Below are positions 1 through 13,505 of a DNA stretch of 64,000 nucleotides, one piece after another. The notes under the pieces are model-generated. The model saw only the letters and a list, made by a program, of their open reading frames with translations. It did not search any database and was not told the DNA's origin. This stretch comes from Octopus bimaculoides (taxonomy: Eukaryota), in NCBI RefSeq assembly GCF_001194135.2, contig NC_068998.1, forward strand, positions 22,363,212-22,427,211. The letters are read 5' to 3'. Position 1 is the first letter of the stretch. Every line of letters starts with the position of its first letter. The position numbers and the translations under genes are program-made.

Positions 1-163
1 AAAAAATAAAACAAAAAGGCAAAAGAGAGTCACTTACTGTTATAGTTTCTTCAATGAGAATATTGACCAAGGTTACCGTGGTCTTTTCCGTAGGCTTTTC
101 CTTCCACGGCTAAACCTAAACTGTCCTCCCCTCTTTTACACGAGAACATTACTGTGTGATACA

Positions 164-255
164 CGATCCCTATTGATCGGCCTTTCCTTTTTTTTTTTTC
201 GATCCCTTTTGATCGAACTCCCCCTTGTTCCCTTCCTACGATCCCTTTTGATCGA
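164..255. repeat. Three spaced copies of CGATCCCTWTTGATCG mini-hairpin
   Basis: Copies start at ~164, 200 and 239, separated by pyrimidine-rich spacers; each has CGATC/GATCG arms. Confidence 0.7.
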
Positions 256-484
256 CACCACCACTTTTTTTTCCTTCCTTCCACCTCCCCAAAAGAAAAG
301 CTCTACATTGTATTTGTCCCATCTTCGTTGAGCCCTGTGTGGCTAATAAAAGAAATGTATCTATCTATCTATCTATCTACTGATACATATATACATGCAC
401 ACATACGCATATACACACATACACACACATACATACGCACACAGGCACACAAAAACACGCAGACATTTACATCTTTATCTTTTA

Positions 485-718
485 TCTTTTACCATTTACT
501 TGTTTCAGTCATTTAGACTGCGGCCATGCTGGGGCATCCCTTGCATTTTTAGTGAAATGAATCGGACCCTGTACTTAGTTTTTAAAAGCCTGGTGCTTAT
601 TTTATCGGTTCTTTTGCTGAACCACTAAGTTATAGGGACGTAAACACACCAACACCGGTTATCAAGGTCTGATGGGGAGACAAACACAGCCACAAGGACA
701 CACATACACAGACACGCG

Positions 719-763
<45 letters not shown>

Positions 764-935
764 TCACTCTCTCTCATAAATAAATAAATATATATACATA
801 TATATATACATATACGGGCTTCTTTCAGTTCCGAAACCCACTCTCAAGGATTTGGTCGGCCCCAGACTATAGTGGAAAACACTTGCCCAAGGTGTCACGC
901 AGTGGGACGGAACCCGTAACCTTGTACCACACCTG
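485..935 (-). mobile_element. SINE family A copy (tRNA-derived head, internal CA/TA microsatellite, tail)
   Basis: Reverse complement matches the plus-strand copy at 44630-44996 (ttgggcaagtg..ctactatag..ccgacc; cagcatggccgcagtc..gactgaaacaagtaaa). Confidence 0.85.
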
Positions 936-1110
936 CGCCTATATATATAGACGTTTGGCATACTATAAGTTAGCGGTATGATGTTGTCCGCTAACTGACA
1001 GGTAAACAACTCTCGTTACCCTATTCTTCAATTAATGCAATACACACATACACACATACGCTCACACGTACATACACATACGCACACGCACACACACAAT
1101 TACATACATG

Positions 1111-1142
<32 letters not shown>

Positions 1143-1474
1143 CATACGTACATACTTACGCCTAACCTTACATGCAAACATATTAATACCCGCTTCTTTC
1201 TTTTGATTTAATGTCTGTTATTCTATGCTTGTTGAATTTCTCTCAAATAATGTTACATTACCTCCATCTAGCTCTCAATCGTTGCCTGATTCTAACCGCC
1301 AAAAGAAAAAAAAAAAACATTGCTAATTCATTTTACAAAGATTGGTTAACACCTGTCAGAAGATGAATGTGATTCATTTCATAAGTATGCCCCTTTTCTC
1401 AATATAGAATATAATTTTATGGACACGTATTTCATAAGGATTTTGTCAAATATTCAATTTTTGTTCGTTTCCTT

Positions 1475-1476
<2 letters not shown>

Positions 1477-1567
<91 letters not shown>

Positions 1568-1672
1568 CACATATACATACATATATACATATTCATACAT
1601 ACGTATATACATGCATACATACATACAAACATACATACATACAAACATGCATGCATACATACATACATACAT
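1477..1672. repeat. (TA)n followed by degenerate (TACA)n microsatellite
   Basis: Direct reading. Confidence 0.95.
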
Positions 1673-2760
1673 AACTGATAATAAACAAGTCCTTTTTGAA
1701 AGCAACAACCTACAAAAACAAAGCTAGTAGAAAAATTATGGCAATCGCACTTGGATTCAGTAAAGAGCCAATGGCGTACTATATCGAGGTATTACATTTA
1801 CGGCTATTGCAAAATTCAGTGAAGGGCTGATATCAAAGTGCATGTAACGACGTAATATTTTGGAAAATATATGAACAAAACTATTCTCGAATCACATTTC
1901 GCACGATTCATAAACTTCAAATTCGATCTTTAGAACGATTGTTGGTATTCGTATATACATTCATAAGCACACAACTATATATATAGTCGAGATGTTGTGA
2001 AACTTTATATAGAAATGCATGTTAATTAATCAAACGTTAAGAGGCTCCACTTCCCACCAATTAGTTTCTTGTTAGAGTTTCACTTTTACTTTCAAGTTTT
2101 AGAATCTTCTTCATGCATATGTTCATGCAGTGTCGTTACAAAGTGCAAGCCCGGTTTTCCAGTTGACAATTGTTGAGAAATGACTGTATAACCACTTTAA
2201 CACTCCTCAGATAGACACCAGTAGGTTGAAGCTTACGAAAGCTATTTTTGCTACTCAGCACCTGCATTTAACACAGTTGTAATTGACAATGCTTATTCAA
2301 AGTACCATTTTCACTAATGAGAAATATTGTCGAAAATTCAGCTATAAACAGATTATGTGAAACATTAGTACCGACTTGAATATTTTGAAATGTAATTTTA
2401 GTTAATATTATTTCACTTTTACTACGGTTTAAGAGTATATTTTAATTAAAATCAATATTATCCGTCGACACTGAGATCATCTTTTTCTAGAGACTATTCA
2501 AATTGGGCAAACTTTAGGTTGCATCGTATCGATGTGGTGTATCCTGACTTTTGAGCTCTGTTTAACTTACCTCACAATGTACAAGTACATACATTTGTGA
2601 ACACACATATATGTACACATGCATTCTTATATATACTAGTGCGTCTACATATAATTACATACATAGGCATAAACTAACACCAACGCACATATCCACTCAT
2701 AAGTATATATAGACTGAAGTTCCTTTCAGAAGCATCAAGAAAAATTGAAGAATACGCCTG

Positions 2761-2954
2761 TCTTCTTCTTCTTCTTCTTCTTCTTCTTCTTCTTGTTCTT
2801 CTTCTTCTTGTTCTTCTTCTTCTTGTTCTTCTTCTTCTTGTTCTTCTTCTTCTTGTTCTTCTTCTTCTTGTTCTTCTTCTTCTTGTTCTTCTTCTTCTTG
2901 TTCTTCTTCTTCTTGTTCTTCTTCTTCTTGTTCTTCTTCGTCTTGTTCTTGTTC

Positions 2955-2995
<41 letters not shown>

Positions 2996-3041
2996 CTTCT
3001 TCTTCTTCTTCTTCTTCTTCTTCTTCTTCTTCTTCTTCTTT
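2761..3041. repeat. Compound (TCT)n / (TCT)4TGT 15-bp units / (TGT)n microsatellite
   Basis: Direct reading; accounts for the poly-E/Q, poly-R and poly-K ORFs in the track. Confidence 0.95.
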
Positions 3042-3331
3042 CCATTGGTGTATTTGAGCGGCACATAAGGCAGTCAGTGATTGCCAATTATCTCCCCAAC
3101 TGGCCAACCGGTATGCTTCATCTCAGGTGTTGCAGTCAGGAGTTGGCTCTACATCGGGTTCCGGAACAACTCTCGGCTTTCCCCTGAGTCCGTCATCAAA
3201 TCTTGGGGCGAACCTTCTCCATATTCCCCCTTTAGAACAATTTAAGTCAGTTCTCACATCCTCCCTCTTTGGCACATAACAGTGCATGTCATCATCTTTA
3301 GAAACACGCCTTAGGCACTTTCAAACGCAGG
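3042..3331 (-). mobile_element. 3' end of an RTE-clade LINE running into a (GAA)n tail
   Basis: Minus frame reads CLRRV...VPKREDVRTDLNCSKGG...NT*DEAYRLASWGDNWQSLTALCAA, resembling the RTE ORF C-terminus (W.EA..LA.DR..WRSL..ALC), directly followed by GAA repeats. Confidence 0.65.
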
Positions 3332-4305
3332 AAGCGTATTTAATTTAACTCTACCAATTATTTCCGTTTTTGGTAAAGTCTATTATCTAATAGTGGATAG
3401 AGAATGTCATTAACCTTATCTTACACACACAAAAGCACACACACATGATATTAATATTAATATTATTCAATATTAATATTAATATTAATATTATGCAATT
3501 ATTATTTGACATGATCGAAATGTAAAAATACAAGATTAATGTGAACTAGGTATTGAGAAGATAAGAGAATATTTTAAAGCAATAAGTATTTCCAATAAAG
3601 AAAATACTGAAGAAAATAGCATGAAATGTGCAGTAATCTGTAACATATTTACAATGTATACAAAATTATCCTACAGACATAATATTATCTATTATGAGAG
3701 GCTGTCGATTACAAATTTGGAACGTTTCACTTTTTGTCTTACAGTTTATATTAATGCCTATACTAGCCATTCATACATTTCACTAACACCTTAAAGAAGA
3801 AATCCTCTACTTTTGAACTTGCTTTTGTTTTGCAATTGTTTTGTGATAATACCAATTGTTATATTTGTTTAATGATTAACCTTTATAGTGTTAAATTCTT
3901 CAAGAAAGAAATTTCTCATTAAGGAACTGACATTCAATTAAAACAGAATAAATGAAATAAGGATTGAGAAAGTATTTCTATCATATATTGCTGCATATAC
4001 AATCATGTTCTTGTCAAAGAGGTTAATTACAATCTTTTTTAGTCCTGTTTTTCTTCCACATAAAATTGACGTATGTCTTTGAAAGTTTTATTGAGAAACA
4101 TATATATTTACACATAGACGTAGCTTTCATGAAATCATTTTCGTATAAATTGTATTTATTGTACGTTTTCATTTAAAATAATCTAAACTGCATCTTATTA
4201 TGACAGAATAATTAGTCATTTATTTCTGTCTTTCATACACACCAAAACACAAACAGATGCATAATTATATATGAACGAGCATACACTTACACATGCCTAT
4301 ATATA

Positions 4306-4814
4306 NNNNNNNNNNNNNNNNNNNNNNNNNNNNNNNNNNNNNNNNNNNNNNNNNNNNNNNNNNNNNNNNNNNNNNNNNNNNNNNNNNNNNNNNNNNNNNN
4401 NNNNNNNNNNNNNNNNNNNNNNNNNNNNNNNNNNNNNNNNNNNNNNNNNNNNNNNNNNNNNNNNNNNNNNNNNNNNNNNNNNNNNNNNNNNNNNNNNNNN
4501 NNNNNNNNNNNNNNNNNNNNNNNNNNNNNNNNNNNNNNNNNNNNNNNNNNNNNNNNNNNNNNNNNNNNNNNNNNNNNNNNNNNNNNNNNNNNNNNNNNNN
4601 NNNNNNNNNNNNNNNNNNNNNNNNNNNNNNNNNNNNNNNNNNNNNNNNNNNNNNNNNNNNNNNNNNNNNNNNNNNNNNNNNNNNNNNNNNNNNNNNNNNN
4701 NNNNNNNNNNNNNNNNNNNNNNNNNNNNNNNNNNNNNNNNNNNNNNNNNNNNNNNNNNNNNNNNNNNNNNNNNNNNNNNNNNNNNNNNNNNNNNNNNNNN
4801 NNNNNNNNNNNNNN
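4306..4814. other. Assembly gap (N)
   Basis: N run flanked by (TA)n. Confidence 1.
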
Positions 4815-5541
4815 ATATATATATATATAACTTTGTATGTATTCATATATGCATACTTATATATCTGCATGTGTAGATGTGTATATATATAAACACACAC
4901 ATATATATATGCATGTATATATGTTTATTGAGAGAGAGAATGAGAGAAAGACGAAATGAGACAAACAGAGGTAGAGTGAGATGCATATGAGAGTCTTTGC
5001 CTGTTTATCTGTGTCTTTCTATGTGTGCAAGGCATGCGAATATGAGTCCGTTCGAAGCACCATATTACTGAATATTTTATGAAAGCCATTTATCATTAAT
5101 TTTATGTTTCTTAAATTTAAAGTATGTTTCACCATTTAGACTTGTATAGTAATTATTCTTTTTTGTTTTAAGAATCAATATTTTTATAAACAGTAAATAT
5201 CCTAGGAATTCTTCCATTATAAATCATTAGATAGATTTTCAATTGGTTTATATCATAGAGATAAAGCTGAAGATTAGAATACCCACGGTTCATATCATTG
5301 CCTGTACATTGTGCGCATAGTCAATATATGTATCTGGTACCAGCTTAGAATAATTGACTCTGCATCGATTTCATTTGTAGATCTTTTTGTAGGAATAAGA
5401 CTTGATTCTTAAATTGAGCTACAGTGGTTTAGATATATAGATGGTCAACTTTGCTGAATAACTTGATAGTGAACATAATTAGATACATGGGTAAGGTGTA
5501 TCCTCATTATAAACTATTATTCGGAGTTATCTTTAAAGACA

Positions 5542-5923
5542 ACTAGCTGTTGGGCCCGGCGTTGCTCGTGTTTTCCGTCTTGAAGTTAAGCCCACCTCTG
5601 ACCTTGTATTGAATAAGCATTTCCTTAGAGACTATTCTATCGACTTTGTTGAAATTTTACACGTGAAAGAAAAGCAAACGTGCAGGAAAATAACATCGTT
5701 ATGGGAATTTCGATTCAAACGCCCAATTGAGCTGACAAAAATCGACGCAAACCGAGCATTATTGAGTGCTTGAAAAATTCCGGCCTTATTTGAACTGCAG
5801 GGCTTGGGATCTACCGATGTGCGAAAAATCATCAACATCCGTTGGACGGTGTGGGAGGAGTTAGAGTAACTCCAAACACACTCACAGACAGACAACATTA
5901 CACACTCATTTATGTATATAGAT
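5542..5923 (+). mobile_element. Non-autonomous Helentron/HINE-like (DINE-1/Lep1-type) element
   Basis: Begins ACTAGCTGTTGGGCCCGGCGTTGCTCG and ends ggaggagttag...acagacagaca...tatatagat, the terminal architecture of HINE-type elements; no coding capacity. Confidence 0.55.
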
Positions 5924-7599
5924 TATAGTGCAGCTAGTTTACAAATCTTCATGTGTTCTGAGTAGAAAATGAAGTTTTTAATATATACGTCTTAAATATT
6001 TAATGGCTTATCTTATTGAAAGCCTTCGTTATTATTGATATTAAAATATATAGAGCTGTTTCTTGTGCACTTTTGTAGATTGTTCATAATTTTTCTGTGT
6101 GATGATATTACCACTAATTCTTTCATTCTTTCATCATATTGCATGGAAAGAATGATATTTTACATTATTGTATTTCACGATCACACTCACGCACGCACCA
6201 ACGCACACACACACTCACACCCACACACGCACACACACACGCACACACACACACACACACGTACACACGCACGCACATTCATGTGTGTAGTCAATGTTGA
6301 ATAATCGAAGTCACCCTTCAACAATGAAACTATATTTTATATTCTTTAGAAAAAATTCATACATGGACATTTTTTAAAACATGGTCGTACGCTTTCGATG
6401 AATCCATCTTCTATATTTTAGCATAATTCATGCATATCTTAACTGAACAACCATACCATTAAATGAGGTTTCTGGGTACTGGACTCTAGATTACAGCTTA
6501 AATCAGTTTATTTTAATACCATGCCGAGTTCGTATAGAGGTAATTTCACTTAGTGCTCGTATGCCCAAATATTGCCGAATATTTTTCCTTTGTACAACAA
6601 ACTAACATTTCTGCAATTATTGTGTTACATATATTTGTATATGTAGTTGCAATTATTACGGAGACAAATTTCCTAGCCATAAGCATTGAACGACAAAAGA
6701 AATATATCAGAAATACAGAAAGCAGTGCTTGATATCTTATATCAAGAAATTATATCATATATATGTATCACATAAACTCCAATACATTTCACTTTTCACG
6801 CATTCAATTATTTACAACTTAATACAAAATAATATTAACATTCGATAGCTACATTAATATATTCTGGCAGATTTGCTTTTAAATGATAATCGTTAAACTA
6901 TTCGTTTGTTTAAATTGTAGACTATCGATAAAATAGTCTAATCTCAATTAAATAAATATCCAACTTCATAAACGTTCTACGAGTGCGCCCTTACCCTTAT
7001 TACCATATATTATGTTTGTAATCTGTAATTTCCTTGGGGATATCTCTATATTAACCGTTTGGAATTAAGTGCACCTTCTTATGGAAGTAATTGTTCCGGT
7101 TGAAAATAACAACACATTCCTGTGAAGGAAGACATCCATTTATTCGACACGGTAATACTAGAAACTGAAATTTGATCATATCTATTGAAATATTTGTAAG
7201 AGGCATCACACAGGTGTTTATATGTGATCTCGTGTGACTCTCGACATATACATACACATGTCCATGTATCAATACTATATTGGAGAAGGCGGTTTATTAA
7301 TTAGGTATGTAACAGTTACTAAAAGTACCAAGACAAAGCAATTATTAGACTTGACCGTCTGGGAATATTTTTATAAATTCATGTTCAAAGAAAGTTCCTG
7401 TAAATTTCGATGTCTCAAGTTTATTGAAGTTTTTAATCCCAATTTCTCGCTAATTCAAATACTCATTGCATTCACTGCGTCCATTTCTTCACAAATATAA
7501 ATATTCATTACATTCACTCCAGTGTATTTCATATTCATTTCTCATTCAATGTTTTCATTTCAAGTTTTAATTCATTGTTTGGAAAACCGACACTAGCAG

Positions 7600-8280
7600 A
7601 TGGTAGCATGATAGGAATAGCTCATGCTTCGCGTTCATTAGTGCCGGCTGAAAAACGCTACAGTTTTATATTTGCGGTAAAAAAAATTCCATAAATTTAT
7701 ACATGGAAGAAAGTTCCCTCTGCAGACAGTCAACTGCCCATTATTGTCCATCAAAATACCAAAAATACCAAAAAACAAATTGAGCATTAACATTCTCAGA
7801 AATAAACCCCCTCCAACTTTCTGATTCTTCCGACATGTCGTCCGATGAAGCCGACACGGAGGAATGGCAAGTGGCCACAGGGAGAAGGAGAAAAGGGGGA
7901 AATAGAATAAAGAAGCAAACAAAGACAGCAGGGAGATTTACCACTCCCGAAACCAAGACACACGCACAGAATAAAAGCATTAAAACAAACACAGAAGCAC
8001 ACAATGAATTTACAATGCTGACAGCAATAAACACAGACAATTCAAACCTAATGCAATACATTAGGTCAACCCCAACATAACACAAGACAATGTCAAAACA
8101 AACAGTCACCCATGCACGACACAACCACAACACATAAAATTCATACACATGACACAAAACACACGCAATACACTGAAATCTCTCTACTCTAATACAGTAG
8201 AGAAATTTCAAAAGTACTTATCAAAAAATGTATAAATACTTCCTGAGAGAAACTTGAGAGAACAACCAACTTTCGAGCCA
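7600..8280 (+). mobile_element. Probable 5'/ORF1 remnant of the adjacent Tx1/L1-like LINE
   Basis: Short basic ORF (EEWQVATGRRRKGG) and A/C-rich tract immediately upstream of the ORF2 start; assignment is mainly positional. Confidence 0.4.
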
Positions 8281-8287
8281 TAAGTGT

Positions 8288-8308
8288 GTCTCTCTCTCTC
8301 TCTCTCTA

Positions 8309-8357
<49 letters not shown>
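8288..8357. repeat. (CT)n microsatellite
   Basis: Direct reading. Confidence 0.95.
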
Positions 8358-8361
<4 letters not shown>

Positions 8362-8385
8362 CAAAACATAACTTTCGATAAGAAC

Positions 8386-9460
8386 ATGCTTAATATAGGT
8401 TGTATAAAGGTGAGTGGCTTGGGGTTGCCTTGGAAACAAGGCTACCTGTTAAATGACATACAATCACAGAATGTGAACATCATAGCCATCAGTGAGACCA
8501 GACTCCACAACCCGCGGGCCCTCCAGCACATGTTCGGTGGACAATTCGACATTTATTTTTCTCCATATCTGCAAAGAATGGGGGGAGGTGATACCGTGGT
8601 GCTTTTCGGAAGAGTCTGGACCACAAAGTAGGAGCAGCATTCCTAGACCCGGAGGGTAGGCTGGTCGTCTTCGACGTCGATGGCAGTGATAGGTGTACTT
8701 TTCGACTGATAACAGTTTGTGCACCGTTCTTAACAGGTCGGTCGGTTTTTTGGCGACGTATAGAGTTTTTCCTTCGAACGTCTCGAGCTTTACTTTTAGT
8801 AGGGGATTGGAACGCTACCTTGGATACGCATCTAGGCTATGTGGCTAGAGATAAGAATAGGAGGAGATGTAAATGCCTCAAACACCTGCTCAGATGTTTC
8901 CAACAGTATGAAAGGTACCGATTCGACCACCCGAATGTGCCAATGTGGTCATGGAGCAACCGCATCGGGTCGTCCAGTTCCTATTTAGATAGAGTAGGAG
9001 AGTGAACAGAGATAGTGTAGGTTGTCCACAATTTCATACGAACAGCTGCACAGATCACAAATTTGTGACTTGTACGCTTGACTTATGTAAGAATCATAGG
9101 CAGGTTCCTGGTTATTGGAAATTAAACGCATCGTTCCCGGTGCGGTAGGCTTACTGAGACCGAGTTAGCAAATTAGTTGAGAGGGTGTTGACGGGAACAA
9201 TCGCGAACAAGAAATGGTGTTATACCCCCAAAGAAAGCATTTAAAGAAGAATCGGTTATATATAGTAAGGATCTAGCTATAGAATAGAGGGAGACCTACT
9301 TAAGAAATTAGAAGAGGCACATAGAAGTATAATCGCGTCCAAAGTGCTGGCGGTGAGGTTGGCACTCGAGTAACACTTTGGAGGCTCCCGAGAGGCCCGA
9401 GTGGCGGATGCGCAACGAGGCAACAAAGCCACCATTAGGTCTCTGACAGATGAACAGGTG
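8386..9460 (+). mobile_element. Tx1/L1-like LINE ORF2 remnant: APE endonuclease plus linker, disrupted, RT missing
   Basis: MLNIGCIKVSGL...IIAISETRL; FRLITVCAP...LLLVGDWNATLD; WSWSNRIGSSSSYLDRV; DHK; GYWKLNAS; NKATIRSLTDEQ. Several frameshifts. Confidence 0.85.
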
Positions 9461-10094
9461 CTGTAGGAGCTGTGTGAGGCAGATTCTTCCTGGATGGAAT
9501 CCATGCTGTGTATTGTTCAGTAGGTTAGTTTCATTTAGCTATATTATCTACCTCTTTCTGACGATTCGCTCTATGACGTTAGTGGTATGCGAAGTCAGAG
9601 AGATTGGCCTGTAGATTTCGGCCACGGCTTTGCTTCTACCTTAGTAGATAGGGCATATAATGCCTTCTTTCACCTTTTTAGGAAGTAGACCACTTGCAAG
9701 GAAACTTGTGAAAAGTATTCGAAATGGTTTCGTTTACATGACTTTAGGAGAATAGTTGGGAAGCCATCAGGCTCAGAGGCGGAGTATGAGCTCATTTAAT
9801 CTATAGCCGCTGTTACATCTGTAACCTGAATCTTGATGTAATCGATGGCTGTCGCCTCCTTTGCTACAGCTGCAATATCAAAGAATTCAGCCGGATTTTT
9901 TATCTGCACATGCCGAAGGGGGCAATCGAAGATACTTTTAAATTGTCCACCGAGTATCTCATTTATCCTTCCTGGGTCCGCCGTCAGTGAGTCATTTCCT
10001 TGGAACAATGGTCCTATTTCATATTTTATTGTAGCCGTTTCCTTTGCGAATTTATAGAAAGCTTTGGGATTTGTTTTTATGTTTTCCACAGCCG

Positions 10095-10152
<58 letters not shown>

Positions 10153-11000
10153 TCTTTCCATTTCGTGAGAGAATTTCATCTTGCTTTCAATTTCGTGTTA
10201 AGATAGACTTCTCTCTATCCTTCAGTTGCCTACTCAGCCCCTTTGAGATCTTTGATGGTACTTCATGAGGACTTTTCTTTCCCTAAGAATCTTGTTTGAC
10301 AGCGTACTGTCCTTTCTTTCTGGGATATATTTAGTCCATATAGCTTGGCTGAGTTTCAGGCCATTGTCTTGCATACACAAACTGTTGGACTAGTATCGTT
10401 TGTGTATCGCTTTACGGATTGATTTCTCCTTTGCCTTATGGAAATACAGGTTGGATAAGGCTTGAGTCCTCTTGATAGGGTAGATACTAACAGTTCGCAC
10501 AGGACCATACAGAGATAGCTGGAAAATGTTGTGATCTGAGAGTGCCGTTGGTGTCACCTTCACATTATGGATAAGGTCCACATTATTTGTAAAGCATTGG
10601 TCCAATATGTTGTTTCCCCTGGTTAAGCTGAGTATCACTTGCTCCATGAACAGCTTATTAGTATGTTCAAATAATGAATCTACATGCTTTTGTTCATGCA
10701 GTGACATCCCAGAGAGGATGTAGCCTTCTGGCCATTTGACATGTGGGATGTTGAAATCACCCAGGAAGAGTATGTTGATGTTCTGATCTAAGTTTGTTAA
10801 TACCTCTTCGATGTGTTTGAGGCTATCCTCAAATTTCTCATCATATTTTGCGGTATTCGGTGGACGATATATTGTACAGTAATACAAGATGTATGCCGTC
10901 TTTACGGATGTACATAGCAACTCCATCGTGGCTTCTTTCTCTTCTATCTGTACGAAATATAGTATACACTGGTATGTGCACTTCCGCTCATTCATCTCCA
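9457..11000 (-). mobile_element. CR1/L2/Jockey-type LINE ORF2 remnant: APE plus N-terminal part of RT, disrupted
   Basis: EVHIPVYTIFRTDRRERSHDGVAMYIRKD; IYRPP; LFLGDFNIP; TRGNNILD; LSDHN; IKTNPKAFYKFAK..IGPL; PDGFP; IYRPIS; QHGFHPGRICLTQLLQH. Confidence 0.88.
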
Positions 11001-13073
11001 TGATCAAAGAGCTGAAAAAATGAATTCATCAAACAACTGGATTATCGTTATTAAACCAACAAGATCCATTTGCTTACCTGTAGTTTGGTTGTCTATAGTT
11101 GCAACAAACGCTTTACAGTCAAGGTGACCCAAGCAATATATTCCAGAAACAGCTCTAGGATCTAATAGGACTAATAAGTAGCTGAAATACATGATCTGTC
11201 CGGATGCATTGTTTTTTTCTCTAAACACATTTACGAGCACAACAATGATGAGCTGTTACCTTGGTACAACTTCTGTGGTTAAAATTCTGTCTTCTAAAAT
11301 TATGCACCTAAATTTATTCTAATATTAGATTGTTTATATTTTTTCACTGCAAAATACATTCATTTTAACTTTTGTTCATCATTAAGAAAGGGAAGATTCG
11401 TCCAAAGGTCCTCACTGGCAGCTTGTAAATCTATTGTGATTTTCCGTAGTTTGTATCTTCACATATACCTTTTATTTTTAATTCACATAGCGTATATTAT
11501 TCCTGTATGCATTTACATTACATACGTATATTAGTATATATATGCATATATGTGTGTGTGTGCATATTAATGAGTCAGACAAAAACACAAACATGATTAA
11601 GCATAGCCTCAAATTTCAATAAATACATAACAGCTATTTTATCTCAGATATATAAATATTCTTTCGCTATTCCAAACCACTGGAGAGAATGTAAATTTGT
11701 CTTTCTAAGAAAGAAATCCTCTTAAAAGTTACAAGATATATATTGCACAATACAATAAAACCTTACCATGCTATGGGGAACATTTTACACTGACGTTTGG
11801 CAGTAATAAAGGGGTACTAAAATTCGGATGAGAAAGAATAATAGGATTTTGGCAAAAAAGGGGAACTAATTACAGAATGTGTACACCATGTCTGAAAAAA
11901 AGACTGATGATCAGCTATATAAACCCGGTATATTAAGATCTGGTTGAACACTGTTGATCTGTGTCTAGGTGATGAGTAGCTATACATCGAATTTTATGCA
12001 TGATCACACTTTAACACCCATAACCACGAACCGATCCTGGCAAATGCTGATTACTGAAGGAGACGTATGTAAAAGGCAATTTTAGAGTATGTTAAACATA
12101 GAGGTATAGAGTAAATAGACAAGTCTAAAGTGTTTAGTTTCGTATTTGTTATAGATACAACAGTTCATGTGAATAAGCACAGAATTGTATTATTCCATTT
12201 CATATCATTTGTATTAATGTTCCGTAAAAACAAAACATTCAGTATAACATTGCTTTTGTTGCATAGTGATGAGAAAATTATGATTGTACAACAATAATAT
12301 ATTGCTTTAATTGGTGCAAAGAAATAACTACATGCCTATTGTATGCGAATAACATTAACAATACATTTTCCTCGAGTAACAGCGAAGCAGATATCGTATT
12401 ATTTTGTTCTTAGATAATAAATGCTCAATAATAAAACAGAAATTTACTTTCTCTATTGCATGTGTTCTAAGTTACTACTTGGTATATCGTTTGACGTATT
12501 TGCTCAAAAGTTCTCTACATATCAAATATTAGCTTAACTATGTCAATAAAGAGAGAAAGTGAGTGACTCTTCATTGAGAATATATACGAATTTAACTTTG
12601 TTATTGAATTCTGTCTGGAAGGGATTCAATATCTCGCATGAGAAATTTGACAATAAGACTCTATTATTTTATTTTATCTTTTCTATTTTGATTGAAGCTA
12701 TTATTATCGAACACAAAATGGCTTAGTTAATCTTTGCACAGAAAAAGAATAAATAAAAATAAAACACGGTAAATAGTTTGGAGGATGATTGACAAAAATG
12801 TAGAAGCATTTCAATATACAACGCTGTATTTGATTCAGAGAAAATTGAGTTGATATCTGATCACACACAGGTTGTATAGAGAATAACAATATGAAACACG
12901 ATGTATGTTGGTTATTCAAACGTGTACTGTTGTTAAATCGATAAGATTTTTTTTCTAGTCAGATATTGAATAACTTAACATGTATAAGTAAATATGCAGT
13001 ATCAAAAATGAAGAATATCTTTATGCTACGTTTTGAATGTATACTAATTTCTGTCCTTTATAATGTTTTGAGG

Positions 13074-13276
13074 TTTTGGCACAAGATCAGCAATTTCAGG
13101 CAAAGTGTAAGTTGATTAGATTGACCCCAGTGCTCAATTGTTACTATTTGACATCATAGGAAAATGGAAAGCAAAGTCGACTTCGGCTGAATTCCAATCC
13201 AAAACGTGAAGATGAAATGAATATCACCAAACATTCCGCCAGATGTGCTAATGATTCTGCTAGCTCGTCGTCTTAA
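13074..13276 (-). mobile_element. SINE family B copy
   Basis: Reverse complement resembles 51697-51930 (gcagaatc.ttagc, gtcgactttgc, ctggggtc, tgtgccaaaa tail). Confidence 0.7.
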
Positions 13277-13292
13277 CTGTGTCCCTTATACT

Positions 13293-13505
13293 GATTTCAA
13301 CTTTTGGCACAAGGCCAGCGATCTCGAGCAAATGGTAAGTCGATTACAACGATCCAAGTGCTTGACAGGTACTTATGTTATCGACTATGAAACGATGAAT
13401 AGCAAAGTCATTTCGATGGAATTTAAACGCACAATTCAAATTCGAACGAAATGCCTCTAAGCATTTTCCCGGCGTGCAAAGTATTTTTCCTACCCACCGC
13501 CTTCT
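13293..13505 (-). mobile_element. SINE family B copy, head-to-tail with the previous copy
   Basis: Same head (aaggcgg) and tail (ccttgtgccaaaagttgaaatc) motifs. Confidence 0.7.

Noticed and set aside
2205-2245. gacacca-gtagg-ttgaag-cttac-GAAA-gc-ta: possible hammerhead relic
   Set aside because: The CUGANGA core is absent and stem I cannot be formed; at most a dead copy.
2674-3107. Long poly-E/Q, poly-R/T and poly-K/N ORFs
   Set aside because: These are translations of a trinucleotide microsatellite, open in several frames.
4265-4900. ORFs spanning N runs (also at 16.4, 19.9, 29.5, 36.9, 38.4, 51.2 and 55.8 kb)
   Set aside because: Artefacts of gaps translated as X.
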